Assembly: GCA_947625545.1 (NCBI GenBank)
Contig: CANQOW010000001.1
Span: forward strand, 2,129 to 66,128
Source: an uncultured Clostridia bacterium
GTDB lineage: Bacteria > Bacillota > Clostridia > TANB77 > CAG-508
DNA length: 64,000 bases
Direction of reading: 5' to 3'
The stretch's first letter is position 1; each line of letters begins with the position of its first letter. Positions 41,952 through 52,745 of this stretch are shown here, one piece after another. A model generated the notes under the pieces. That model was given only the letters and a program-made list of their open reading frames with translations. It was not told where the DNA came from and searched no databases. The position numbers and the translations under genes are program-made.

Positions 41952-42995
41952 ATGAAAAAAAATATAGCAAAAGTAGTAGTATTTTTACTTATTTTTATTA
42001 TATTATTTTTATGTATTAATAAAATTCTTTGGATAGCACCAAGTCCTATATCATATTTTTACAATGAACCGAAGGAAACAATAGATGTTGTATATATAGG
42101 AAGTAGTAATGCTTATATGCATTTTAATTCAGTATTAGCATATGATCTATATGGCTATACAACATTTTTCTTATCTACTGAGGCACAGACTTTTGCTTTG
42201 GCTAAATATTTAATGATAGATGCAGAAAAATACCAAAATCCTTCTTTATATGTTATAGATCTAGGAAAAGTAGCAGATGATATGGATAGTTATCTAGGAG
42301 AGGAATTTAGAAAAACTACAGATTCAATGAAGTTTTCTAAAAATAGAATAAATGCAATTAATGAAGTATTAAGTTATAAAGAAGATATTGATAAAAAAGA
42401 TTATATAAATTATTATTTTAGTTTTTTAATGTATCATAATAAATGGAAGGACATTAGTAAATCAAATATTATTGGAAGTAAAAATTTATATAAAGGGTAT
42501 TACTTTTCAAAATTAACTGATAAAATAGAATCTCATGATACATACATATGGTCAAAAGATATAATTCAATTACCAGAAGAAAATAAAATGATATTATTAA
42601 ATTTAATCAAATATATAAAAGAAAATAATTTAAATGTGATTTTCGTAGTTCCAGAAAGATATTTTGATGAGACATTTCAAGCAAAAATAAATGATGCAGT
42701 TAACATTATAGAAAACAATAATTTAAAAGTAATTAATTGTAACACATTAGAAGAACTTAATAATATAGATTTTAATATAGATTTGCAAAATGCACATCAT
42801 CTAAATGTATATGGTTCAACAAAATATACATTATGGTTTTCAAAATATTTAAAAGAAAATTATAATTTACCGGACCATAGAAACGATGTAAGATATTCTT
42901 CATGGGATAGTGAATATAAAAGATTCAAAGATAATTTCAAAAAAATAACAGATAAAAATTTTGACGATTTATTATTAGAATATACAAATAATTAA
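41952..42995 (+). CDS. DltD/AlgJ-like membrane-anchored extracytoplasmic acyl-transfer partner
   Basis: Single N-terminal TM then a ~320 aa soluble domain. Its position immediately after the MBOAT gene matches DltB-DltD / AlgI-AlgJ pairs. Sequence-level assignment is weak. Confidence 0.45.
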   Translation: MKKNIAKVVVFLLIFIILFLCINKILWIAPSPISYFYNEPKETIDVVYIGSSNAYMHFNSVLAYDLYGYTTFFLSTEAQTFALAKYLMIDAEKYQNPSLYVIDLGKVADDMDSYLGEEFRKTTDSMKFSKNRINAINEVLSYKEDIDKKDYINYYFSFLMYHNKWKDISKSNIIGSKNLYKGYYFSKLTDKIESHDTYIWSKDIIQLPEENKMILLNLIKYIKENNLNVIFVVPERYFDETFQAKINDAVNIIENNNLKVINCNTLEELNNIDFNIDLQNAHHLNVYGSTKYTLWFSKYLKENYNLPDHRNDVRYSSWDSEYKRFKDNFKKITDKNFDDLLLEYTNN

Positions 42996-43011
42996 AAGGA
43001 GAAATTTTAAA

Positions 43012-43507
<496 letters not shown>

Positions 43508-43515
<8 letters not shown>

Positions 43516-44242
43516 TAAGGTATTATTAATGACAGGAGCATCTTCTGATATAGGATGTAAAATAATTAGCGAGGTAGCAGATGAATTCGACTATATAATT
43601 GCACATCATATAGGAGATGATGCAAAGTTAGCAAATTTAAAAGAACAATTAGGAGAAAAATTAATATTATTATATGGAAATTTTTTAGATGAAGAAGGAA
43701 CATATAAATTTGTAGAAGATGTTAAAAATACTGGAAAAATTCCAACACATATAGTACATTTACCAGCAGGAAAATACGAAAATATAAAATTTGGTAAAAT
43801 TACATGGAATAAATTTAATACAGATATTAATATAGCATTACGTTCTTTAGTTATTATATTAAATAATTTTTTACCAGAAATGGCAAAGAATAAATATGGT
43901 AAAATAATAGTTATGTTATCATCATGTACACTAAATATACCACCAAAATATGTATCTAGTTATGTAACTACAAAATATGCTTTATTAGGCTTAGTAAAAG
44001 CATTATCAAATGAATATGCAGATAAAGGTATTCAAATAAATGGTGTATCACCATCAATGATGGAAACAAAATTTTTAAAAGATATTCCAGAATTAATTAT
44101 TCAACAAAATGCAGCCAATAGTCCAACAGGAAAAAATCTTTCTGTTGATGACGTAGTACCAATGTTCAAATTCTTATTATCTGAAGATGCAAATTGTATA
44201 ACAGGGCAAAATATGGCAATAACAAATGGAAATATAATGTAA
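43508..44242 (+). CDS. short-chain dehydrogenase/reductase (3-oxoacyl-ACP reductase-like)
   Basis: TGASSDIGCKI cofactor motif and catalytic YVTTKYALLGLVK (YxxxK). Confidence 0.8.
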
Positions 44243-44356
44243 ATAATTATAAAATTGTAAATAAAAATGTTATATTGAATTATCAGTATAACATTTTTTA
44301 TTACATAAGGAAAAATGTAAAACAACTGCAAATAAATATAAAAATAAATAAAAATT

Positions 44357-44370
44357 TGCAATCTATTGCA
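44357..44370. promoter_or_regulatory. perfect palindrome tgcaat-ct-attgca upstream of ATPase paralog 3
   Basis: 6-2-6 inverted repeat 20 bp upstream of a -10-like tataat and the 44414 start. Confidence 0.4.
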
Positions 44371-44413
44371 TATTTTTTAAAAAAGTATATAATATACATA
44401 GGGAGGTAATATT

Positions 44414-45607
44414 ATGATAGAAAGAATTGAATATTTAGAAAAATTAAAAAAATGGAAAGATAAAGATATAATTAAAGTAATAACAGGAATAAGAAGATGC
44501 GGAAAATCAACATTATTTGAAATATATATAAATTATTTAAAAAGTATAGGAATAAAAGAAAATCATATTATATCAATAAACCTAGAAAATCCAGATAATG
44601 AATTTACAGACTATAAAGATTTATATAATTATATAAAAAATCAAATAAAAGATGAGAAGCAATACTATATATTATTAGATGAAATACAAAATGTAAAAGA
44701 ATTTCAAAAAGCAGTTGATGGTTTATATATAATAAAAAATGTAGATATATATATAACTGGTTCAAACGCATACCTTTTATCAGGAGAATTAGCAACGCTA
44801 TTATCAGGTCGATATATAGAAATAAAAATGTATCCATTGTCATTTAAAGAATATGCAGATTACTATCAAAAAGAAGGAGATGAGAAATTATATTTAAACT
44901 ATATTAATAGAAGTTCATTTCCTTACGCTTTAAAATTAGAAGAAGAATCTGAAATAGATAGTTATTTAGATTCATTATATAATACTATTATATTAAAAGA
45001 TGTTGGACAAAGAAAAAAGATTTTAGATACATCAATATTAAAAATACTTACTAAATTTATGTTTGATAATATTGGAAACTCTTTATCAGTAAAAAAAATA
45101 ACAGATACATTAAAATCTGATGGTAGACCAATTTCTGCTCATACAGTTGAAGATTATTTAGATTCGCTTGTAGAAAGCTTTATCTTTAATAAAGTAGAAA
45201 GATTTGATATAAAAGGAAAACAATATTTACAATCAGGTGAAAAATATTATGCAACTGATGTTACAATGAGATATGCTATTTTAGGAAGAAGAAATTTAGA
45301 GGTAGGGCATATATTAGAGAACATTGTATATCTCGAATTAATAAGAAGAGGATATAAAGTATATGTTGGAAAAACAGGTGAAAAAGAAATTGATTTTGTA
45401 GCAGAAAATAAAGATGGATTTACTTATTTTCAAGTAGCATATACAACAAGAGAAAAATCAACTCTTGAAAGAGAATTACTTCCTTTGAAAAATATAAATG
45501 ATAATTATTCAAAATATATACTTACAATGGACTTAGATCCTATAATGGATTTTGATGGAATAAAGAAAATAAATGTATTAGATTGGTTATTACAAAAACA
45601 AAACTAA
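44414..45607 (+). CDS. AAA+ ATPase with DUF4143 (paralog 3)
   Basis: Walker A GIRRCGKST; same architecture as 6422. Confidence 0.75.
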   Translation: MIERIEYLEKLKKWKDKDIIKVITGIRRCGKSTLFEIYINYLKSIGIKENHIISINLENPDNEFTDYKDLYNYIKNQIKDEKQYYILLDEIQNVKEFQKAVDGLYIIKNVDIYITGSNAYLLSGELATLLSGRYIEIKMYPLSFKEYADYYQKEGDEKLYLNYINRSSFPYALKLEEESEIDSYLDSLYNTIILKDVGQRKKILDTSILKILTKFMFDNIGNSLSVKKITDTLKSDGRPISAHTVEDYLDSLVESFIFNKVERFDIKGKQYLQSGEKYYATDVTMRYAILGRRNLEVGHILENIVYLELIRRGYKVYVGKTGEKEIDFVAENKDGFTYFQVAYTTREKSTLERELLPLKNINDNYSKYILTMDLDPIMDFDGIKKINVLDWLLQKQN

Positions 45608-45621
45608 TGATTGTTCATCAA

Positions 45622-45706
45622 AAAATACGGATATGTGTAAAATTTGTCATATAAAAATTGCGGATATGTGAAAAATATATATTGAATAAATTACGGATAT
45701 GTGATA
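45622..45706. repeat. three copies of t(a/g)cggatatgtg spaced 33-34 bp
   Basis: Copies at 45625-45636, 45659-45670 and 45692-45703. The last abuts a TGtGATACAAT extended -10 before the 45743 ATPase. Confidence 0.75.
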
Positions 45707-45742
45707 CAATATATATAAAGATATCTTAAAGGAGGTACACAT

Positions 45743-47095
45743 ATGAAAAGAAAAATTTATGATGAATTATTAAAATGGAAAAAAGAAAGTAATGGAGAAG
45801 TTGCTTTATTAATAGATGGAGCAAGGCGTATAGGAAAAAGTTATATTGTAGAACAATTTGCAAAAGAAAACTATAAATCTTATATTTTAATAGACTTTAA
45901 TAAAGTTGGAGAAGATATAAAAAAATTATTCGATAATTATTTGAATGAATTAGATACTCTTTTTATGTATTTATCAAACTATTATAAAGTTGATTTATAT
46001 GAAAGAGAAAGTTTAATAATTTTTGATGAAGTGCAATTATGTCCAAGAGCAAGAAGTGCTATAAAATATTTAGTTGAAGACGGAAGATATGATTATATTG
46101 AAACTGGTTCATTAATTTCAATTAAAAAGAATGTTGAAAATATATTAATTCCATCTGAGGAACGTCATTTATATATGTATCCAATGGATTTTGAAGAATT
46201 TTTATGGGCAATGGGAAATAATAATTTAATGAACTTAATAAAAAAATGTTTTGAGGAAAAGAAACCATTAGGGCAATTAATGCATCGTCAAGCAATGGAT
46301 TATTTCAAGCAATATTTAATTATAGGTGGAATGCCACAAGCAGTAGAAAAATACATTAATACTAAAAATTTTAAAGAAGTTGATATTATAAAAAGAGATA
46401 TACTTAATTTATATAAAGAAGATATTGTAAAATATGGAGGAGAAGAGGCAAATAAAATACAAAGCATATTTGAAGAAATTCCTTCACAATTACAAAAACA
46501 TGAAAAAAGATTTACATTTAATTCTTTAGATAAAAATGCAAGATATAGAGAATATAGTGGAGCATTTTTTTGGCTACAAGAATCAATGATAGTGAATATT
46601 GCCTATAATACAACTGAACCAAATATTGGATTAAGATTAAATAGAGAATCAAGTGCTTTAAAATGTTATATGGGAGATACAGGATTATTATTATCTCTTG
46701 CATTTGATGAAAAAGGTTTAATGGATGAAGATATTTATAAAAAAATATTATTTAATAAACTATCATTTAATGAAGGAATGATAATGGAAAATATAGTAGC
46801 ACAAATGCTTGTGGCTTCTGGAAAAAAACTTTATTTCTATTTTAATTATGATAAAGAAAACAGTGAAAATAATATAGAAATAGATTTTTTAATTGCTAAG
46901 AATAAGATAACATCAAAACACAATGTTTCACCAATTGAAGTAAAATCAGGTAAAAATTATACTTATTCATCATTAAATAAATTTAAAGTTAAATATAAAG
47001 ATTATCTATATACTAATTACATTTTGCATATAGATGATTTAAAAGAAGAAAATGGAATACTATTTTTACCTATATACATGACTTGTTTATTATAA
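45743..47095 (+). CDS. AAA+ ATPase with DUF4143 (paralog 4)
   Basis: Walker A GARRIGKSY, 450 aa; C-terminal region like paralogs 1-3. Confidence 0.75.
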   Translation: MKRKIYDELLKWKKESNGEVALLIDGARRIGKSYIVEQFAKENYKSYILIDFNKVGEDIKKLFDNYLNELDTLFMYLSNYYKVDLYERESLIIFDEVQLCPRARSAIKYLVEDGRYDYIETGSLISIKKNVENILIPSEERHLYMYPMDFEEFLWAMGNNNLMNLIKKCFEEKKPLGQLMHRQAMDYFKQYLIIGGMPQAVEKYINTKNFKEVDIIKRDILNLYKEDIVKYGGEEANKIQSIFEEIPSQLQKHEKRFTFNSLDKNARYREYSGAFFWLQESMIVNIAYNTTEPNIGLRLNRESSALKCYMGDTGLLLSLAFDEKGLMDEDIYKKILFNKLSFNEGMIMENIVAQMLVASGKKLYFYFNYDKENSENNIEIDFLIAKNKITSKHNVSPIEVKSGKNYTYSSLNKFKVKYKDYLYTNYILHIDDLKEENGILFLPIYMTCLL

Positions 47096-47148
47096 TAATT
47101 TAAGAAAAATAAAGAATTACAAAAAAATTAAAAAATTTTAAAAAAACT

Positions 47149-47178
47149 ATTGCAATATAAAAAAATATATATTATAAT
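47149..47178 (+). promoter_or_regulatory. sigma70-like promoter TTGCAA-N17/18-TATAAT
   Basis: TTGCAA at 47149-47154 and TATAAT at ~47173-47178, upstream of 47215. Confidence 0.45.
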
Positions 47179-47214
47179 CAATATATAAAAAATTAAGAAA
47201 GGAAGGAATGAAAC

Positions 47215-47736
47215 ATGAAAAAAGCATTATCAATCGCAATTTTATTTGTAATGTTAGTAGCATTAATTGGAACAGGAGTTAAAGCAGCAACAGAACAAAC
47301 TTTAGCAGATAAAGTTTATGCTAAATTAACACCATATGGAGCTACAGCTACTGAAAAAGCTAAATTAGATAAATATTTAAAAGACGTAGCTGAAGAAGAT
47401 GAAGCTTATATATTAGCTCAAGTTAATTATGCAGTAGAAATAATGGATTCAGAAGAGAAAACAAATGTAAAAGATTTATCTGATGAAGCTAAAAATGCAA
47501 TTTTCGGTTATGCACAAAATGTTGCTATAAAAGCTGGTTTAGAATTAAAACTAGAAAGCGGAAAAATAGCTTTATACAAAGATAATGAAAAAATTGATGA
47601 AGCTACAGTTACATCTAAAGGTACATTAGCATATACAGGAAATAACGGTGTTGTTTTATTTGTTTCTGCATTAGCAGTATTTGCCCTAGCTACAGTTGTT
47701 GTTGCTAAAACAAAATCTGCTAAAGTTGAAGCTTAA
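47215..47736 (+). CDS. small secreted protein with LAYTG sortase signal
   Basis: Signal peptide followed by LAYTG + hydrophobic segment + KTKSAK tail. Confidence 0.65.
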   Translation: MKKALSIAILFVMLVALIGTGVKAATEQTLADKVYAKLTPYGATATEKAKLDKYLKDVAEEDEAYILAQVNYAVEIMDSEEKTNVKDLSDEAKNAIFGYAQNVAIKAGLELKLESGKIALYKDNEKIDEATVTSKGTLAYTGNNGVVLFVSALAVFALATVVVAKTKSAKVEA

Positions 47737-47741
47737 TATTA

Positions 47742-48353
47742 ATGACAAAGATTTTTAAAGCAACTATTATAGATATAATAGTTGCTTTCTTAATTACTAT
47801 AATTACAATTGGAGGTATTTATCTATCTTTAGGGCAAGAGATAGAAAATGCAGTACAATTAATTAATTTAGTAGCAATAAAAAAAGAAAGTAAAGGTATT
47901 ATAGAACCTATAAAAATAGATACAGAAAAAAAATTATTAGATAAATATCCAGCATATGGTACAAAATATGCAACAATAGAAATTCCAAAAATAAATAAAA
48001 CTTTACCAGTATATGTTGGAGATTCATTAGATGTTTTAAAAAATGGCGTAGGACACTCAACTGGTAGTTATTTTCCAGGAGAAGGTGGCTCAATAGTATA
48101 TATGGGTCATAATACTAAAGACCAATTTCATGAATTTTCAGAACTTGAAATAGGAGATAAAATAAAAATTACAACAGATTATGGAGAATTTAACTATACT
48201 ATATATGATATGCAAGTTATTAAAGAAACAGAATTTGATAAAATACCTATACAACGTGAAGAAGAAAAATTAATGATATACACATGTTATCCTTTTACAG
48301 CATTAGGACATACCATTTATAGATATGTTGTATATGCAAATCTAGATATCTAA
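47742..48353 (+). CDS. sortase-family transpeptidase (class uncertain; partner of the LAYTG protein)
   Basis: N-terminal TM, conserved His (VGHSTG...MGHN), catalytic Cys in LMIYTCYP, and Arg (YRYVVYA). Confidence 0.7.
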   Translation: MTKIFKATIIDIIVAFLITIITIGGIYLSLGQEIENAVQLINLVAIKKESKGIIEPIKIDTEKKLLDKYPAYGTKYATIEIPKINKTLPVYVGDSLDVLKNGVGHSTGSYFPGEGGSIVYMGHNTKDQFHEFSELEIGDKIKITTDYGEFNYTIYDMQVIKETEFDKIPIQREEEKLMIYTCYPFTALGHTIYRYVVYANLDI

Positions 48354-48367
48354 AAGGAGGGATAACA

Positions 48368-49225
48368 ATGAAAATATTTTTAAATTTATTAAAATATATA
48401 GTAATTATTTTATTAACATTTTGTATAATAGGTTTATTAATAATAAATGTTGCTTCATCTACAATTCTAAAAAAGCAATATGTATTAAATAAATTAGAAG
48501 AAACTAACTATTATGAAGAAATTCAAAAATTGATCCAAAGTGGTTTCGAAAATTACATTGGTCCATCTGGTTTAGATGAAAGTGTAATAGTAGATATTGT
48601 ATCTTTAGAAAAAATAAAAGAAGATACGAATACAATTTTAAGTAACATATATGATGGAACTAATACTGAATTAAATACTGAAACATTAAGAACAAATTTA
48701 AGAAATAATATAGACGAATATTTAAACCATAGAAAATTAACAACATCAGAAAATGAATCAATAGAAAAATTTATTGACATGATAGAAGAAGAGTATATAG
48801 TAAATATACTACATACAAATTATGAAGGCGATATATATAAGGTAATAAATAGTGTAAATAGCATTGCAGAAAATATTAACTTAGTATTAATACTTGTTGC
48901 TGTTGCATCTGTTCTAATAATTATAATATTTAATGTAAAGCAATTAGCACAGGCTTTAGCAAATTTTGGAGTAGTATTTACTGCATCAGGATTATTTTAT
49001 ATAGTTATAAAAATATATATTGCTATGAAAATTAATGTACAAAACTTATCAGTTCTTAGTCCAGCATTTTCTCAAGTAATGATACGTGTTATAAGTAATG
49101 TGTTAAATAGTATATTAATTTATTCAGTTATTTTATTTGTTTTAGGAATTATATGTATATTTATAGGTAATAGTATAATAACTAAACAAGAAATGAAAAA
49201 GAAAAGCAAAAAGAAGGAATATTAA
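48368..49225 (+). CDS. hypothetical membrane protein
   Basis: 285 aa, N-terminal TM plus 3-4 C-terminal TMs, good RBS. Confidence 0.5.
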   Translation: MKIFLNLLKYIVIILLTFCIIGLLIINVASSTILKKQYVLNKLEETNYYEEIQKLIQSGFENYIGPSGLDESVIVDIVSLEKIKEDTNTILSNIYDGTNTELNTETLRTNLRNNIDEYLNHRKLTTSENESIEKFIDMIEEEYIVNILHTNYEGDIYKVINSVNSIAENINLVLILVAVASVLIIIIFNVKQLAQALANFGVVFTASGLFYIVIKIYIAMKINVQNLSVLSPAFSQVMIRVISNVLNSILIYSVILFVLGIICIFIGNSIITKQEMKKKSKKKEY

Positions 49226-50044
49226 ATGTTGAAAAAAATAATACAAATAATTGAAATTATAGTGATAATTTCAGTAATAGGTATTATAATATTTGGAATA
49301 TATGTATATTCAAAACCAAAAATACCTGTATTGTGTTACCATAATGTAATTCCAAAAAAAGAAATACATGATGAAAATAGTCAATGGATTATATCAGAAG
49401 AAAATTTTGAAGAACAGATGAAATATTTACACGATAACCATTATAAAACATTAACAATGGAAGAATTTATAAAATGGAAAAATAAAGAAATAAGTCTTCC
49501 ATTTAAAAGCGTTTTAATAACATTTGATGATGGGTTATTATCAAATTATCAATATGCATTTCCAATATTGAAAAAATATAATATAAATTCATCAGTATTT
49601 GTAATAGGTGAATATAGTGAAGAAATTGGAGAAGAAGAAAATATATGGAATGAAAAACCAGTTTCATATATTTCAAAGGAACAAATAAATAAAATGAAGC
49701 AAGACTATCCAAATGTAGAAATATATTCACATACTTATGGAATGCATCAAATTGGTGAAGATAATATTGCAAAAATAAATTTATCTACAGAAGAGCAAAT
49801 GGTAGAAGATATAAAAAAATATGAAAATTATATGGGCAAAACAGATATTATTGCATATCCATTTGGAGTAACAAATAAAACCTTTATAAAAGTTTTGAAA
49901 GAAAATGGATATAAATATGGTTTCCTTTTAGGAGATAATAAAAAAGCAACTAGAAAAGATGATAATTTTTTAATAAATCGTATAAATGTATCAACCGATA
50001 AAGATATTTTTCATTTTGCAGGTAGGTTATTATTACCATATTAA
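49226..50044 (+). CDS. polysaccharide deacetylase (CE4 / NodB homology)
   Basis: N-terminal TM and NodB motif 1 ITFDDG. Confidence 0.8.
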   Translation: MLKKIIQIIEIIVIISVIGIIIFGIYVYSKPKIPVLCYHNVIPKKEIHDENSQWIISEENFEEQMKYLHDNHYKTLTMEEFIKWKNKEISLPFKSVLITFDDGLLSNYQYAFPILKKYNINSSVFVIGEYSEEIGEEENIWNEKPVSYISKEQINKMKQDYPNVEIYSHTYGMHQIGEDNIAKINLSTEEQMVEDIKKYENYMGKTDIIAYPFGVTNKTFIKVLKENGYKYGFLLGDNKKATRKDDNFLINRINVSTDKDIFHFAGRLLLPY

Positions 50045-50048
50045 TTGT

Positions 50049-50092
50049 AAAAAATACTTTAAATTTAGAAATAAATTTAAAGTATTTTTTTA
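50049..50092. terminator. bidirectional intrinsic terminator (17-bp perfect stem + T-run)
   Basis: aaaaatactttaaattt-agaaat-aaatttaaagtattttt then ttttt. Confidence 0.7.
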
Positions 50093-50162
50093 TAATAAAT
50101 GAGTAGAAAATTTTCTTAAAATATGTTATATTAAGAGCATAAAATTGAAAGGAATGTAAGTT

Positions 50163-51540
50163 ATGATAGAAAACCAAAATGTTGAATTTAAGAAAATATG
50201 GAAAGATGAATATTTAAAATGGATTTGCGGTATGGCAAATAGTAATGGTGGTATAATATATATAGGAAAAGATGATAATGGAATTACAATTGGCATAAAT
50301 GATGCTTTAAAACTTATAAAGGAAATTCCAAATAAAATAAAAGATACTATGGGCATAATAGCAGATGTAAAATTAGAGCAGAAAGATAATTTATCATTTA
50401 TTGCAATAAAAGTAGATAAATATCCTATTCCTATAAGCTATCAAGGAAAATTTTATATGAGAAGTGGAAGCAATAATCATGAAGTAACAGGTGTAGAACT
50501 TGATAAGATTATGCTCAATAAATTAGGAAAAACTTGGGATTCTACGCCAGTACCGAATGTTACTATAGATGACTTAGATAAAAGTGCTATAGATATTTTT
50601 AAAAAATTGGCAGTAAAAAACAAAAGATTAAGCGAAAAAGATGTAGATGTAGATAATAAGACATTATTAGAAAATTTGCAATTATATGATGGAGAATATT
50701 TAACTATAGCTGCTATATTGTTATTTCATGATAATCCAGAAAAATGGGTTACGGGTTCATATATAAAAATTGGTTTTTTTGGAGATAATGATGCAGATTT
50801 AAGATATCAAGATGAAATTCATGGACCATTAATTTTACAAGCAGAAAAAATAGTTGATTTAATTTATCAAAAATACTTAAAAGCTTTAATAAGTTATCAA
50901 GATTTAAAAAGAATAGATGAATATATGTTTCCAAAAGAACGGATTTAGAGAAATTATATATAATGCAATACAACATAAAATTTTTTACACAGGTATACCA
51001 ATTCAAATAAGTGTATATAATGATAAGATATATGTATGGAATGACGGAGAATTACCAAAAAATATTACTAAAGAAAACTTATTTAAGAAACATGCATCAA
51101 AACCTTCAAATCCAAAAATTGCTCAAACATTTTTTAAAGCAGGATTTGTAGAAGCGTGGGGTAGAGGTTTTGAAAAAATAAAAGAAGAATGTGAAAGAAA
51201 TAATACTCCTATTCCAGAAGTAATGGAAAATACTGGAGGAGTAATGATAAAATGCTATCCTTCAAAAAAATATATGGAATTATTTAAAAAATTGAATGAA
51301 AATAATGTCCAAATAAATGTCCATAAAAATGTCCAGATAAATCAAAATAAAAAGTTAACAAAAGTTGAAAACAAAATATTACAAATTATAATAGAAAATC
51401 CAAATATAACACAAGTTAATATAGCTAAAGAAATAGATACAACTACAAAGACAGTTCAAAGAGCAATTGCAAAATTAAAGAACAATGAAATAATAAAAAG
51501 AGTAGGTTCGAATAAAAAAGGATATTGGGAAATTAAATAA
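50163..51540 (+). pseudogene. AlbA_2 (Schlafen-like) / HATPase_c_4 / wHTH putative regulator split by a frameshift near 50930-50945
   Basis: ORF 50163-50948 has the AlbA_2 N-domain (GMANSNGGIIYIG). ORF 50917-51540 continues with REIIYNAIQH...WGRGF and a C-terminal wHTH. The two frames overlap at an A4 run. Confidence 0.6.
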
Positions 51541-51637
51541 TTTTAATAAAAAAAAAGTCAAAACCCCTTTACGAAATTATACTTTTATTATAAAATAACA
51601 TATAATAAAAAACTAAAAATAAAGAGAGGAAAATAAA

Positions 51638-52745
51638 ATGTGGGGAGATATAGTAATAGCATTTTTACTAGCCTTTATAACAGCATTTGTAATAACACCA
51701 TATACAATAAGATTAGCAAAAAAATTAGGCGCAGAAGATGACCCAAAAGATGAAAGAAGAATAAATAAAACAGTAATGCCAAGACTACGGAGGAATAGCA
51801 GTAATATGTGGCTTTATTGTATCAATTATATATTTAATATCAGTAATGAGTATAGAGCATACAATAAATATATTTGATGAAGATAATTATTACATAAAAT
51901 TAATAGGCTTTTTTATAGGTATAATAATACTTGGAATAGTATGTTTTATAGATGATGTAAAAGGAGTAAAAGCAGTTGTAAAACTATTTGCACAAATTTT
52001 AGCAGCAGTAGTTGTAGTAATGAGTGGAATTGAAATAGAAATAATAAATATACCATGGTTAAATACCATAGGTTTAAATGAAGCATTTTCAGTAATACTT
52101 ACAATAGGATGGGTTGTCGGAATAACAAATGCAATAAATTTAATTGATGGTTTGGATGGTTTATCATCAGGTATTACATTAATATCATGTTTATCATTAT
52201 TAATAATATTTGTATTAAATGATTCACCATTAATTGCTGTAATATTAATTACAGCTTTAGCAGGAGCAATAGTAGGATTTTTACCATTTAACTTTAATCC
52301 TGCGAAAACATTTATAGGAGATACAGGCTCAAACTTTTTAGGATTTAGTTTAGCAGTAATATCTATATTAGGAGTAGCAAAAACATATACAGCAGTAGTA
52401 ATTATAGCCCCATTAATAATTTTAGCCTTACCAATATTTGATACATTATTTGCAATAGTAAGAAGAGTAATAAAAGGAAAGTCATTAAAAGCAATACTAG
52501 CACCAGATAGAGGCCATTTGCATCATAAATTAATGGATAGAGGTTATACGCAAAAACAAGCAGTTTTAATATTATATGGACTTAGTGCAACATTAGGAAT
52601 GTTTGCAATAATACTATTTGAAAGTGGAATATGGAAAGCAATATCATTTTTACTTATGATAGTAGCGATAATTGCCATTGGTTATAATGATATATTTAAA
52701 ATAAAAAAGAATTATATTAACGAGGAAAAAAATGAAAACAAATAA
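51638..52745 (+). pseudogene. tagO: TagO/WecA-family polyprenyl-phosphate GlcNAc-1-phosphate transferase, +1 frameshift near 51785-51790
   Basis: Frame 1 gives KTVMPRLRRNSS; the adjacent frame gives the canonical PRLGGIAVICGF. The downstream ORF 51846-52745 carries the MraY/WecA core. Confidence 0.6.

Noticed and set aside
41952-42995. Calling 41952 a bona fide dltD
   Set aside because: Only position and topology support the DltD/AlgJ-like role. I could not see the DltD catalytic SxxD/H motifs by eye, so it is kept as a weak partner assignment.
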